From contig QKMY01000012.1 in assembly GCA_003242895.1 (NCBI GenBank), positions 1 through 34,433 of the forward strand: DNA of 34,433 bases. The letters are read 5' to 3'. This DNA is from Candidatus Margulisiibacteriota bacterium (GTDB taxonomy: Bacteria; Margulisbacteria; Riflemargulisbacteria; GWF2-39-127). Position numbers and translations under genes: made by a program. Shown here one piece after another: positions 9,411 through 17,839 of this stretch. Position 1 is the stretch's first letter. Every line of letters starts with the position of its first letter. Under the pieces are notes generated by a model. That model searched no databases, was not told where the DNA came from, and worked only from the letters and a program-made list of their open reading frames with translations.

Positions 9411-9461
9411 GTGCACATTTTTCTGTGCACACTTTTTCTTTATGCACATTTATCTGTGCAA
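9411..9461. promoter_or_regulatory. Array of four GTGCAC-like hexamers (GTGCAC, GTGCAC, ATGCAC, GTGCAA) spaced 14-17 bp apart, each followed by a T-rich tract.
   Basis: Read directly from the sequence. The array lies 55-105 bp upstream of the receiver gene start and in the divergent region towards the pirin gene. Confidence 0.35.
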
Positions 9462-9679
9462 AATACATATATTATTCTTTCTTGTTAAAAATCGCATATT
9501 TGCAGACAATACAGCCTAAATCTGATTACATCTGGTTTCTCGCTTTATTAGCATTAACAATAAATCAATTTCCACGCCAAAAGTTTATTCATTTCTTCGC
9601 TTGTTGATATTTCTCCTCCCTGGTGCTAGTATACCCGCAATTAAAATGACGGGAATGAGCATTAGCGGGAGGAAAAGCG

Positions 9680-10399
9680 ATGAGAAGCGTAATTCATCGG
9701 GCAAATACGAGAGGTGAAGCTAACTACGGCTGGCTACATACCCGCCACACTTTCAGCTTCGCTGCTTACTACAATCCGAAAAGGATGCAATTCGGGGCAT
9801 TACGCGTACTCAATGACGACCTTGTAGCCCCGGGGGCAGGTTTCGAACTCCATCCCCACGAAAATATGGAGATAATTACAATTCCTCTCTTTGGGACATT
9901 GGAGCATCAGGATGACATGGGAAACCTTTCCGATATCAGAAAAGGTGAAATTCAAATCATGTCGGCCGGGACTGGAATACGACATGAAGAATATAATCAG
10001 TCACAAACAGAAGAAGTAAAATTCCTTCAAATATGGATTCTGCCAAGGATTTTCAATATCAAACCTCGGTATGACCAGAAAAGTTTTAACTTAGCTGATC
10101 GCAAAAACCGATTACAGTTAATTGTCTCTCCTGAAGAAAATAATGAATCTATGCTTTGGATTAACCAGGATGCCTACGTCTCCATGGGTAATCTTGATGA
10201 TGCTATTGAGGTAAAATACGAGATAAATATAAAGGATAACTGTGTCTATCTTTTTGTTATCGATGGGAATTGCTATGTAGGAGATGCCTTACTTAACAAA
10301 CGTGACGGACTGGGAATCTGCAAGAAAACTATAAACATCCTGTCAACCTCAAGCAATACTGAACTACTTCTCATTGAAGTACCCAAAGCACATCCATGA
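9680..10399 (+). CDS. Pirin-family protein (cupin fold).
   Basis: HPHENMEIITIPLFGTLEH and IRHEEYN metal-binding motifs typical of pirin. RBS GGGAGG upstream. Confidence 0.85.
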   Translation: MRSVIHRANTRGEANYGWLHTRHTFSFAAYYNPKRMQFGALRVLNDDLVAPGAGFELHPHENMEIITIPLFGTLEHQDDMGNLSDIRKGEIQIMSAGTGIRHEEYNQSQTEEVKFLQIWILPRIFNIKPRYDQKSFNLADRKNRLQLIVSPEENNESMLWINQDAYVSMGNLDDAIEVKYEINIKDNCVYLFVIDGNCYVGDALLNKRDGLGICKKTINILSTSSNTELLLIEVPKAHP

Positions 10400-10409
10400 A
10401 ACCGCTTGC

Positions 10410-10820
10410 TTATCTGCACTGAGAACAGACACCCTTAAAATATCCATGGACTTCTTCAATACAATGACCGTCGACTTCACGCTTTCTGGCTACATCACAG
10501 GAGATATGGACATCCAAGACTTTTCCGCATATCCTGCAATAAAAATGGTGGTGAGGATCAGTGAAAAAATCGTAATTAATCCGGCTCTCCTCAGATATCT
10601 TCAGCCGGCTCACCAGCTTCGTCTCGACAAGCATCTCCAAAGTGTTATAAATTGTGGCAAAAGACAGCGAAGGGAATGTTTTTTCAAGTGCTGCCCGAAT
10701 ATTTTCAGCAGTGGGATGGGCTTTAGTGCCCGAAAGATACTCCATTATAGCAATACGCTGAGGTGTAACTTTCAGGCTATGCTGCTTTAATGACCGTATA
10801 ATAGATTCTCTAATCTCCAT
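10410..10820 (-). CDS. perR: Fur-family transcriptional repressor, probably PerR-like.
   Basis: Fur-family DNA-binding helix (TPQRIAIMEYL...) and a C-terminal HHHFYC...C and CSQC metal site. It is transcribed divergently from a rubrerythrin gene, the arrangement typical of PerR. The gene symbol is inferred from context only. Confidence 0.7.
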   Translation of the reverse strand: MEIRESIIRSLKQHSLKVTPQRIAIMEYLSGTKAHPTAENIRAALEKTFPSLSFATIYNTLEMLVETKLVSRLKISEESRINYDFFTDPHHHFYCRICGKVLDVHISCDVARKREVDGHCIEEVHGYFKGVCSQCR

Positions 10821-10849
10821 ATGACTTAGAACCTTTCTAATTTGGTAAT

Positions 10850-10862
10850 GATTATAATAATC
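10850..10862. promoter_or_regulatory. Perfect 6-1-6 palindrome GATTATAATAATC in the perR/rubrerythrin divergent intergenic region (candidate Per/Fur box).
   Basis: Read directly from the sequence. It resembles the AT-rich Fur/PerR box consensus (TTATAATnATTATAA) and lies about 30 bp upstream of the perR start. Confidence 0.45.
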
Positions 10863-11043
10863 TCGAACGACTTAGTCAAGAAAATAAGTTACGTACACTT
10901 CACTAATACAATTCCTCATAAAATCACATTAATAGCACCAAAATTCATTGACAGAAAAATCAAGACGACTTATAATCGTTCCAGCTTTAGAATCATTCTA
11001 TTTTCGGGAACAAAAAAAGCAATTTATTGAAAGGTGGAAAATA

Positions 11044-11589
11044 ATGACAAAATATATATGCTTAATATGCGGTTACGTACATAAAGGAGACAGTGCGCCG
11101 GAGAAATGCCCTCAATGCAGTGCGCCTTCTACAAAATTCAAAGAACAAACCGAAACTGATCTCGCCTGGGCTGATGAACATGTTATTGGCGTTGCTAAAG
11201 ATGCCGATCCAAGAATAATAGAGAGTCTCAAAATGAACTTCGTCGGTGAATGTACGGAAGTAGGTATGTACCTCGCTATGAGCAGGCAGGCAGACCGCGA
11301 AGGATATCCTGAAATAGCCGAAGCTTACAAACGGATTGCCTTAGAAGAAGCAGATCATGCATCACGCTTCGCGGAACTTCTTGGCGAAGTTGTAACCTCA
11401 GACACAAAAGCGAACCTCAGTATTCGGGTAGATGCCGAATATGGCGCATGCAAAGGCAAAAAAGAGCTTGCGACACTTGCTAAACAGCTCAATTATGATG
11501 CAATTCACGATACTGTCCACGAGATGTGCAAAGATGAAGCGCGTCATGGAAAAGCCTTCCTGGGATTGCTAAATCGTTACTTCAAATAA
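11044..11589 (+). CDS. Reverse rubrerythrin (N-terminal rubredoxin-like Cys4 domain plus C-terminal diiron ferritin-like domain).
   Basis: N-terminal CLICGYV...CPQC and C-terminal ExxH motifs ([18 protein letters not shown]). The start is moved to ATG 11044, which has AAAGGTGG upstream. The track ORF begins at 10948 with no RBS. Confidence 0.8.
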   Translation: MTKYICLICGYVHKGDSAPEKCPQCSAPSTKFKEQTETDLAWADEHVIGVAKDADPRIIESLKMNFVGECTEVGMYLAMSRQADREGYPEIAEAYKRIALEEADHASRFAELLGEVVTSDTKANLSIRVDAEYGACKGKKELATLAKQLNYDAIHDTVHEMCKDEARHGKAFLGLLNRYFK

Positions 11590-11596
11590 CCTTCTT

Positions 11597-11637
11597 ATTG
11601 CTGCTCGTTCCTTATGAAGCGAGCAGCATTTTTCTTT
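11597..11637 (+). terminator. Rho-independent terminator after the rubrerythrin gene: hairpin gctgctcg-N12-cgagcagc followed by TTTTTCTTTC.
   Basis: Perfect 8-bp stem plus U-run, immediately 3' of the stop at 11589. Confidence 0.65.
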
Positions 11638-11785
11638 CAAAAAAAAAGAATCATCGTTTTCTCTCCAACCCTATGTATCATTCAATCATTATACTAACCA
11701 TTCTTGACTTAACAGCTGGCGATTCGAAGACTTTACAAATCAAGCTACCTTTCATATAACATAGAGCGAAGAAAGAAGTGCAGAT

Positions 11786-12301
11786 ATGACCACGTATGCA
11801 AAAGTTATTCTCTATATTGCTTCCAGCCTGGATGGTTACATTGCCAGAGAGAATGGCGATGTCGACTGGTTATACACTGACCAGGATTACGGATATCTGG
11901 AATTCATTGATTCAATAGATATTGTTATCATGGGACGCGTTACCTACGAGCAGGTACTTGGGTTCGGAGAATTCCCTTATAAGCAGAAACGGTGTTTTGT
12001 TTTCTCACCAGACGCACCGGGAAAACGTGATAATGTTGAATTTGTGAATGAACGGGTTGAGGACTTCATCACGCGCATAAAACCAGAAAGCCATTTAAAT
12101 ATATGGCTTATCGGCGGATCAAACTTACTCAATCAATTTGTGCAGTATAATTTGATAGATGAGTATATAGTTTCGGTCCATCCGATTTTGCTGGGAAACG
12201 GGATTCCGTTATTCGAAAAAAGACATAAGGAAATACCATTACAGTTCACCAAATGTATAAGCTATTCTTCGGGATTAGCGCAATTATATTACACAAGATA
12301 A
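11786..12301 (+). CDS. Dihydrofolate reductase family protein (RibD C-terminal domain-like).
   Basis: IASSLDGYIARENGDVDWL and LIGGSNL motifs characteristic of the DHFR/RibD_C family. Confidence 0.7.
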   Translation: MTTYAKVILYIASSLDGYIARENGDVDWLYTDQDYGYLEFIDSIDIVIMGRVTYEQVLGFGEFPYKQKRCFVFSPDAPGKRDNVEFVNERVEDFITRIKPESHLNIWLIGGSNLLNQFVQYNLIDEYIVSVHPILLGNGIPLFEKRHKEIPLQFTKCISYSSGLAQLYYTR

Positions 12302-12445
12302 TTATGCTTTAGACCGGAACAAAAAGATTAAGTATCGGTAACGACTATTGTTATAGACAATTTTTGATTGCATAGTAAAAAAAACCAGAAGGAATACCGG
12401 AATTAATACACTATTTATGAGCAAGAAAAAAGGAAGAGCGCTCAT

Positions 12446-12474
12446 TGACAATTATTATAACTCACACTAGTATC
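12446..12474 (+). promoter_or_regulatory. Sigma-70-like promoter: TTGACA, 17 nt spacer, TAGTAT, upstream of the ferredoxin-GAF-hydrogenase cluster.
   Basis: Consensus -35 and a reasonable -10 with 17-bp spacing. An approximately 130-nt leader separates it from the ferredoxin GTG start. Confidence 0.4.
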
Positions 12475-12612
12475 GCCTTAATTCTTTTTAAGACACCAAA
12501 TAGTGATTATCATCCCGGCATATCCAAAGAATATTCTCATAATACATTACAATATCAAGCTTATTTATTTATCCTGCTAGTCCTAGTTTCTTTAGCTAAA
12601 AAGGAGGTTGCC

Positions 12613-12801
12613 GTGAGAGCAATTGTTGACCCGGAAACATGTATCGGATGCGGGCTATGCCCAACATTATGCCCGGAAGTTTTTAGAATGGAAGGAGATC
12701 TGGCTATCACCTATACAGACCCGGTACCCGAGGTACTGGAAGACACTGCTCAGGATGCCGCGGATCAATGTCCGGTAGCAGCTATAGCGATCATAGAGTA
12801 A
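12613..12801 (+). CDS. Small single-cluster [4Fe-4S]/[3Fe-4S] ferredoxin, about 62 aa.
   Basis: GTG start with AAAGGAGG 6 nt upstream. The sequence VRAIVDPETCIGCGLCPTLCPEVF...DQCPVAAIAIIE has the CxxCxxC...CP pattern of Desulfovibrio/Pyrococcus-type monocluster ferredoxins. The track ORF 12445..12801 has a non-coding-looking N-terminal extension. Confidence 0.7.
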   Translation: MRAIVDPETCIGCGLCPTLCPEVFRMEGDLAITYTDPVPEVLEDTAQDAADQCPVAAIAIIE

Positions 12802-12832
12802 GGTAACTAAGTTAAACGACGAGGAGTGCATT

Positions 12833-13885
12833 ATGAAAAAGAAATTCTTAAGCACATTATGTTCGACGTGTGAAAATGTTGCAGCTACTTTAGATTATCA
12901 TGATGCTCTCAATTCTTTAGTCAAAAATTCCGCTGAGTGTCTCGATGCAAAAGCCTGTTCTCTAAGACTGCTAGACAAGACCGGAAAGACTTTAGAGATC
13001 GCAGCTACCTATGGTCTATCTCAAGCGTACATAGAAAAAGGGCCCATAGAGGTGATCAAAAGCCCTCTCGATAAAGAAGTTCTGGAAGATAGAGTCGTAC
13101 AGGTTCGGGACGTTACCAATGATAGTCGCATCCCTTATCCTGAAGAAATGAAAAAGGAAGGTATCCGGTCAATACTCTCAATTCCGCTTACATTCCAGGA
13201 TAGATTATTAGGCTTATTACGTATATATTCTCAATCTGAACGGGTTTTCAGCGAGGACGACATTATCATCATAAGAACTTTCGCTTCACAGGGCGGAGCA
13301 GTTATAAATAATGCAAAAAGGTATGCCCGGTTAAAAAGTATAAATGAGTTAGGCAAAATTATCACCTCCCAGTTGGATATCCAGAAAGTTCTCAATACAA
13401 TCTGTCAGAGCGCTGCCGATGCTATGAACGCGAAAGGGATTTCCCTGCAATTAGTAAACAATGATACCGGAAAACTGGAAGATGCCGCTTCTTTTGGATT
13501 AAGTGAAGACTTCAAACAAAAAACTACCGTTGAAAATGACGAGTTTATTAAAGAATGCCTTAAAGGCAACGACGTGATAATCGAAAAGGCCAAAGAGGAT
13601 CAAAGAGTCCCCTATCCTGCCGAACTGGAAAAAGAAGGAATACAATCTAGTATTTGCTTGCCGCTAAAGCTGAAAAACCGGGTTATCGGAACACTCAGGA
13701 TATTCACAGCTTATAGCTATAAATCTGAAAAAGAAGACTTGGAGTTCCTTGCAATACTCTGCGATTTCGGAATCGTAGCCATCGAGAACGCCAGGTTGTA
13801 TACGCATGTAAAAAGAGATTATGAAGACCTGCAAAAAGATGTATGGAAATGGTATGACTGGGGCGAGAGGCAGCCGCAAATATAA
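12833..13885 (+). CDS. Tandem GAF-domain protein with no output domain.
   Basis: Two approximately 150-aa GAF-like modules. Each ends in a P(Y/L)xxxxxxEGIxSxxxxPL...LGxLR(I)(Y/F) core. GGAG RBS upstream. Confidence 0.6.
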   Translation: MKKKFLSTLCSTCENVAATLDYHDALNSLVKNSAECLDAKACSLRLLDKTGKTLEIAATYGLSQAYIEKGPIEVIKSPLDKEVLEDRVVQVRDVTNDSRIPYPEEMKKEGIRSILSIPLTFQDRLLGLLRIYSQSERVFSEDDIIIIRTFASQGGAVINNAKRYARLKSINELGKIITSQLDIQKVLNTICQSAADAMNAKGISLQLVNNDTGKLEDAASFGLSEDFKQKTTVENDEFIKECLKGNDVIIEKAKEDQRVPYPAELEKEGIQSSICLPLKLKNRVIGTLRIFTAYSYKSEKEDLEFLAILCDFGIVAIENARLYTHVKRDYEDLQKDVWKWYDWGERQPQI

Positions 13886-13904
13886 ACAACGCATGAGGTT
13901 ATGC

Positions 13905-14957
13905 ATGGAAAACAAATATACATTGCGATATGAGAGTTTTTATAAATGGATTGGGGACCTGATTAATCAGTTCACAGTGATAGGCCCTGTACTCAAAAAA
14001 CGACGCCAAACGGTTTTTGAAAAGCTGGATAATCTTGAAAGGTTTCATCTGGATTACTGTTCCACGATGTTGGCACCACGAAAATACATTTACCGGTCTC
14101 GCCAAAAATTAATGGACTTCGATAGAGAAAACAATAGCATCAGTTCTGCAGAGGTCGAAAAAATAAGTCAGATAATTATCGGAATACATCCTTGTGATAT
14201 GCAGGCGATAACCGTTCTGGACAGAACTTTTTTAGGAGATTATACCGACGCCTATTACAGTGCGTTAAGAGATGGCTCGATAACCATCGTCCTGAATTGC
14301 AATAATGCCTGCAACAAAGGATTCTGCGCTTCAATGAATACCGGTCCGTTCCTACGGCTTCACGAAGGCTACGACATGGAAATAACAAGATTTACAGACC
14401 GTCTTCTAATCGAAGCTAAGACAGATAGAAGTGTTCATTTGATTGAGAAAGCCAGCGGTCTCAAGGAGGTCCGGGAGGCTGATCTGACAGAAAAATCCGA
14501 GATAGCAACGAAAGCAACTGCCTCGTTTACAAAAAGTATCGATACCCGCAATTTACCGGAACTGCTTTTGAGAAATATCGGACATCCCGTTTATAAGGAC
14601 ACCGCCGATAGTAGATGCCTGGGATGCACCAACTGCACTATGGTATGTCCGACCTGCTTCTGCTATAACTTCGAAGAAACCACCTCTTTCGACCTGAAAA
14701 AAACCGAAAGAAACCGTTACTGGGATTCTTGTCAGGAGTTACATTTTGCCCAAGTACATGGAGGTAATTTTCGTTCTTCTCGCGAAGCACGTCTGCGGCA
14801 GTTCGTCACACATAAACTTGGTACCTGGATTGAACAATACGGATGCTTCGGATGTGTCGGATGCGGCAGATGTATGACCTGGTGCCCGACCGGCATTGAT
14901 CTTACTGAAATGGCCATACAAATACAGGAAGACTATAAACTTGGGAAGATAAAATGA
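13905..14957 (+). CDS. hydB: [NiFe]-hydrogenase group 3b (sulfhydrogenase-type) beta subunit; AsrA-like 2x[4Fe-4S] protein.
   Basis: CLGCTNCTMVCP and CFGCVGCGRCMTWCP cluster motifs. Position and size match the HydB/ShyB subunit. The start is moved to ATG 13905 (GAGG upstream); the track start at 13821 overlaps the GAF gene. Confidence 0.65.
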   Translation: MENKYTLRYESFYKWIGDLINQFTVIGPVLKKRRQTVFEKLDNLERFHLDYCSTMLAPRKYIYRSRQKLMDFDRENNSISSAEVEKISQIIIGIHPCDMQAITVLDRTFLGDYTDAYYSALRDGSITIVLNCNNACNKGFCASMNTGPFLRLHEGYDMEITRFTDRLLIEAKTDRSVHLIEKASGLKEVREADLTEKSEIATKATASFTKSIDTRNLPELLLRNIGHPVYKDTADSRCLGCTNCTMVCPTCFCYNFEETTSFDLKKTERNRYWDSCQELHFAQVHGGNFRSSREARLRQFVTHKLGTWIEQYGCFGCVGCGRCMTWCPTGIDLTEMAIQIQEDYKLGKIK

Positions 14958-15793
14958 AACAGGATCAATCAAATCCACTGATACCAAGGCAAGCAATCTT
15001 AGAAAATAAGTTCCCGGAAACCAGCGATACCTGTTCGGTAAAAATCGCGCTTACCGATAATGACGGATTCTCATTTAAACCCGGACAGTTCAATATGTTA
15101 GGTATACCCGGGTTTGGTGAGACGCCGGTCTCTTTTAGTTCGCTTATGCTTGATAAGAACAGCTTCATGCATACTATCCGGTCCGTCGGTAATGTTACAG
15201 ATGCAATCTGCAAACTGAATATCGGGGAGCAACTCAATCTGCGTGGCCCTTTCGGTAATGGCTGGCCAACAGAAAAGGTCACCAATAAAAATATCCTTCT
15301 GATCGCCGGAGGCATCGGCATAGCCCCGCTAAGACCGGTTATCCATTTATTACTTAAAAACCATTTAAACTACAGAAAATTGTTCCTGCTTTATGGAGCG
15401 CGTACTGACCGGGATATGTTATTCAAAAACGAGATTAAAGAGTGGACGGAATCGAAAAACATATCAGTTTTATTATCCGTTGATGAAAAATCAACAGAAA
15501 ATCTGATTGATGCTCGCGTTGGTCTGATCACATCCCTACTCGATGAACTGAAGGTCCCTTGGCAGGAATCAATCGCTTTCATCTGCGGACCGGAAATAAT
15601 GATGCGGTTCGTATCAAGATATCTGATTATTCATGGAATGAATAGCAAGGACGTATTCGTGTCTATGGAAAGAATGATGAAATGCGGTATCGCTGCATGC
15701 GGCCACTGTCAAATCGGTGCAAAATTCGTGTGCAAAGATGGTCCGGTGTTTGCTTATCCTGATATTAAAAGATTTGCGGATACGTTACTTTAG
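14954..15793 (+). CDS. hydG: Hydrogenase gamma subunit: FAD/NAD(P)-binding oxidoreductase with a C-terminal [2Fe-2S] cluster (PyrK/AsrB-like).
   Basis: LLIAGGIGIAPLRPV nucleotide-binding motif and a C-terminal CGIAACGHCQIG...C motif. ATGA start/stop overlap with hydB. Confidence 0.7.
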   Translation: MKQDQSNPLIPRQAILENKFPETSDTCSVKIALTDNDGFSFKPGQFNMLGIPGFGETPVSFSSLMLDKNSFMHTIRSVGNVTDAICKLNIGEQLNLRGPFGNGWPTEKVTNKNILLIAGGIGIAPLRPVIHLLLKNHLNYRKLFLLYGARTDRDMLFKNEIKEWTESKNISVLLSVDEKSTENLIDARVGLITSLLDELKVPWQESIAFICGPEIMMRFVSRYLIIHGMNSKDVFVSMERMMKCGIAACGHCQIGAKFVCKDGPVFAYPDIKRFADTLL

Positions 15794-15804
15794 GAGTAGC
15801 TATT

Positions 15805-16575
15805 ATGGAAAAAAGCAAACCTAAAATAGGAATTTTCAAATATTCTTGCTGTGCGGGATGTGAATTCCAGCTGATCTATTTTCAGCAAAGAATAATAGAA
15901 ACATTTGCTGCAGTCGATATCATCTACTGCAGAATGTTGCAGTCCGGCGGTATCGAAGACGGTCCGTTCGATATTGCACTGATCGAAGGGGCAATCACCG
16001 AAGAATGGCAGGCTTCTCAGTTAAAAAAGGTGAGGGAAGCAAGCCGCTACCTGATCCCAATCGGTTCCTGCGCAGTGTGCGGCGGCGTTCCGGCAATAAA
16101 AAATACCACAGCTGAATATGACATTGAAAAAAGAGTGTATAAAAACACTTCCGTTATTCATTCCGTCAAAACAAACCCGATCGATCATTATGTAAAAACC
16201 GATGGCTACATTCGGGGCTGTCCCATAGGAGAGCGCGACCTGACAGAAATGGTTATTTCTTTACTGCTCAACAAAAAACCGGAATTCTTAGAATACTGTG
16301 TATGTGTCGAATGTAAAATCAAAGGAAATACCTGTGTACTGGTAGCCTATAACGAACCATGTATGGGACCGGTCACTAACGCAGGCTGCGGCGCGCTCTG
16401 CCCTTCTAATAATAGGGCTTGTTACAGTTGCTGGGGACCCATGGCAGATGCAAATTCTTTAGCGCTGGCCAATGAGTTTGCAGCAAGAGGGCTTAGCCGC
16501 GAAGATATTTTCAGAAGGTTTACTGAGTTCGGGCAACCGACGGACGCATTTAAGGCAGGACAGGTGAAAACATGA
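15805..16575 (+). CDS. hydD: [NiFe]-hydrogenase small (delta) subunit.
   Basis: SCCAGCE, GSCAVCGG and GCPIGE proximal-cluster motifs, plus additional Cys clusters (CVCVECK...C, GCGALCP...CYSC). Confidence 0.75.
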   Translation: MEKSKPKIGIFKYSCCAGCEFQLIYFQQRIIETFAAVDIIYCRMLQSGGIEDGPFDIALIEGAITEEWQASQLKKVREASRYLIPIGSCAVCGGVPAIKNTTAEYDIEKRVYKNTSVIHSVKTNPIDHYVKTDGYIRGCPIGERDLTEMVISLLLNKKPEFLEYCVCVECKIKGNTCVLVAYNEPCMGPVTNAGCGALCPSNNRACYSCWGPMADANSLALANEFAARGLSREDIFRRFTEFGQPTDAFKAGQVKT

Positions 16576-17828
16576 TCCAAAATGAACGAATTGATATTGA
16601 TTACCTGGCGAGAGTCGAAGGTGAAACGAATATCCGGATAGAGCTGGAACAAGAGCCGGCTATTGAACTGAGGATATTTGAGCCGCCAAGATTTTTTGAA
16701 GGGTTCCTGGTAGGAAGAAAATTCGATGAAGTCGGGGATATTGTGTCCCGCATATGCGGTATATGCCCAGTCTCGCATATGACAACAGCTATTCTGGCAC
16801 TTGAAGTAGCAATGAATATAAAAGTAACGGAACAAACAAAGATAATACGAAGAATAATGAGCATCAGCCAGATTATTGCCAGTCATTTGATCCACCTGTA
16901 TATGCTTGTTATGCCGGATTATTACAAGCGTCCTGGCATAGTTCAAATGCTACCCGACTTTGGAGTAGAAATAAATCGCTTAATGAAAATTAAAACAGGC
17001 ATCAATGAACTAACAGGGCTGATCGGAGGACGGGCACTGCACCCGGTCACGCATATGCCCGGGGGGTTCACCAGAATTCCTGCGCAAAACGAGTTCAATA
17101 GTATTCTAACCAAGCTTAAGCAAATAAAAGATGATGGAAAAGAAGTAGTAAAAGATATGGCAGCACTAAGCCTTCCGGAATTTCATTCGGATTCGGAATA
17201 TGTTGCTCTGGGTGCTGAGGATGAGTACGCTATAAACGGAGGACAAATAATTTCGACGTTTGGACTGGATATTCCTGTAGCTGACTATAGATCCCATTTC
17301 GAGGAGTCAGAAGTAAATTACGCACGGGCAAAGTATTCGATTATCAAAGGAAGAGCAGACTTTGCTACCGGAGCTTTATCCAGACTCAACCTCAAATTCG
17401 ATAGGCTCAATGAAGAAACGAAGCAACTAGCTGAAAACATTGGGTTCAGGGTACCTGACAATAATCCTTTTCACAACATTCTGGCACAGGCGCTGGAAGT
17501 GTTTGACGGCATTCTCATGTGCATACACTTACTTGAAAACACTCCATTTCATGATGAAGAACGGAATAAGGTGATCAATTCAGGAGAAGGCGGAGCCATT
17601 ACCGAAGCACCTCGAGGACTACTATACCATTGGTACCGCGTAGACCGGAAAGGTATCGTAACGGCAGCAAATCTGATAACACCTACATCTCATAATTTTT
17701 TGAATATCGAAAATAATCTGAGGGCCCTTGTAAAGAAAAATCTGGATAAAGACCGTGAGACTATACAGCTATTATGCGAAAAATTAGTGAGAGCTTATGA
17801 CCCTTGTTTTTCATGTTCAGTACACTGA
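16572..17828 (+). CDS. hydA: [NiFe]-hydrogenase large (alpha) subunit, group 3b-like.
   Basis: N-terminal RICGICPVSH (RxCGxCxxxH) and C-terminal DPCFSCSVH (DPCxxCxxH) Ni-Fe ligand motifs. ATGA overlap with hydD. The protein ends exactly at the final His with no C-terminal extension. Confidence 0.85.
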   Translation: MIQNERIDIDYLARVEGETNIRIELEQEPAIELRIFEPPRFFEGFLVGRKFDEVGDIVSRICGICPVSHMTTAILALEVAMNIKVTEQTKIIRRIMSISQIIASHLIHLYMLVMPDYYKRPGIVQMLPDFGVEINRLMKIKTGINELTGLIGGRALHPVTHMPGGFTRIPAQNEFNSILTKLKQIKDDGKEVVKDMAALSLPEFHSDSEYVALGAEDEYAINGGQIISTFGLDIPVADYRSHFEESEVNYARAKYSIIKGRADFATGALSRLNLKFDRLNEETKQLAENIGFRVPDNNPFHNILAQALEVFDGILMCIHLLENTPFHDEERNKVINSGEGGAITEAPRGLLYHWYRVDRKGIVTAANLITPTSHNFLNIENNLRALVKKNLDKDRETIQLLCEKLVRAYDPCFSCSVH

Positions 17829-17839
17829 AGGAGTCTTTT

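Noticed and set aside
9127-10790. Minor ORFs around the receiver, pirin and perR genes (9127..9369, 9425..9607, 9800..9985, 10374..10790).
   Set aside because: They are antisense to or overlap convincing genes. The 9425..9607 ORF lies in the GTGCAC repeat region, has no RBS and has a repeat-driven composition.
10842-11043. The upstream extension of the rubrerythrin ORF (track start 10948) and the small ORF 10842..11030.
   Set aside because: The strong RBS AAAGGTGG sits directly before ATG 11044, and the rubredoxin-like domain begins there. The upstream frame crosses the promoter and Per-box region.
12445-12855. The track ferredoxin ORF starting at 12445 and the antisense ORF 12667..12855.
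   Set aside because: The N-terminal 56 aa are non-ferredoxin-like and span the predicted promoter. A GTG at 12613 with a perfect RBS gives a canonical 62-aa ferredoxin.
13405-15582. Antisense and overlapping ORFs within the GAF and hyd genes (13405..13593, 13664..13915, 13704..13889, 13899..14105, 14176..14388, 14732..14917, 14739..14996, 14965..15321, 15391..15582).
   Set aside because: All are embedded in motif-rich, well-supported CDSs and lack signals.
16422-16946. The 174-aa minus-strand ORF and the 16601..16864 ORF overlapping hydD/hydA.
   Set aside because: Antisense to the NiFe subunit genes, with no RBS and no recognisable domains.
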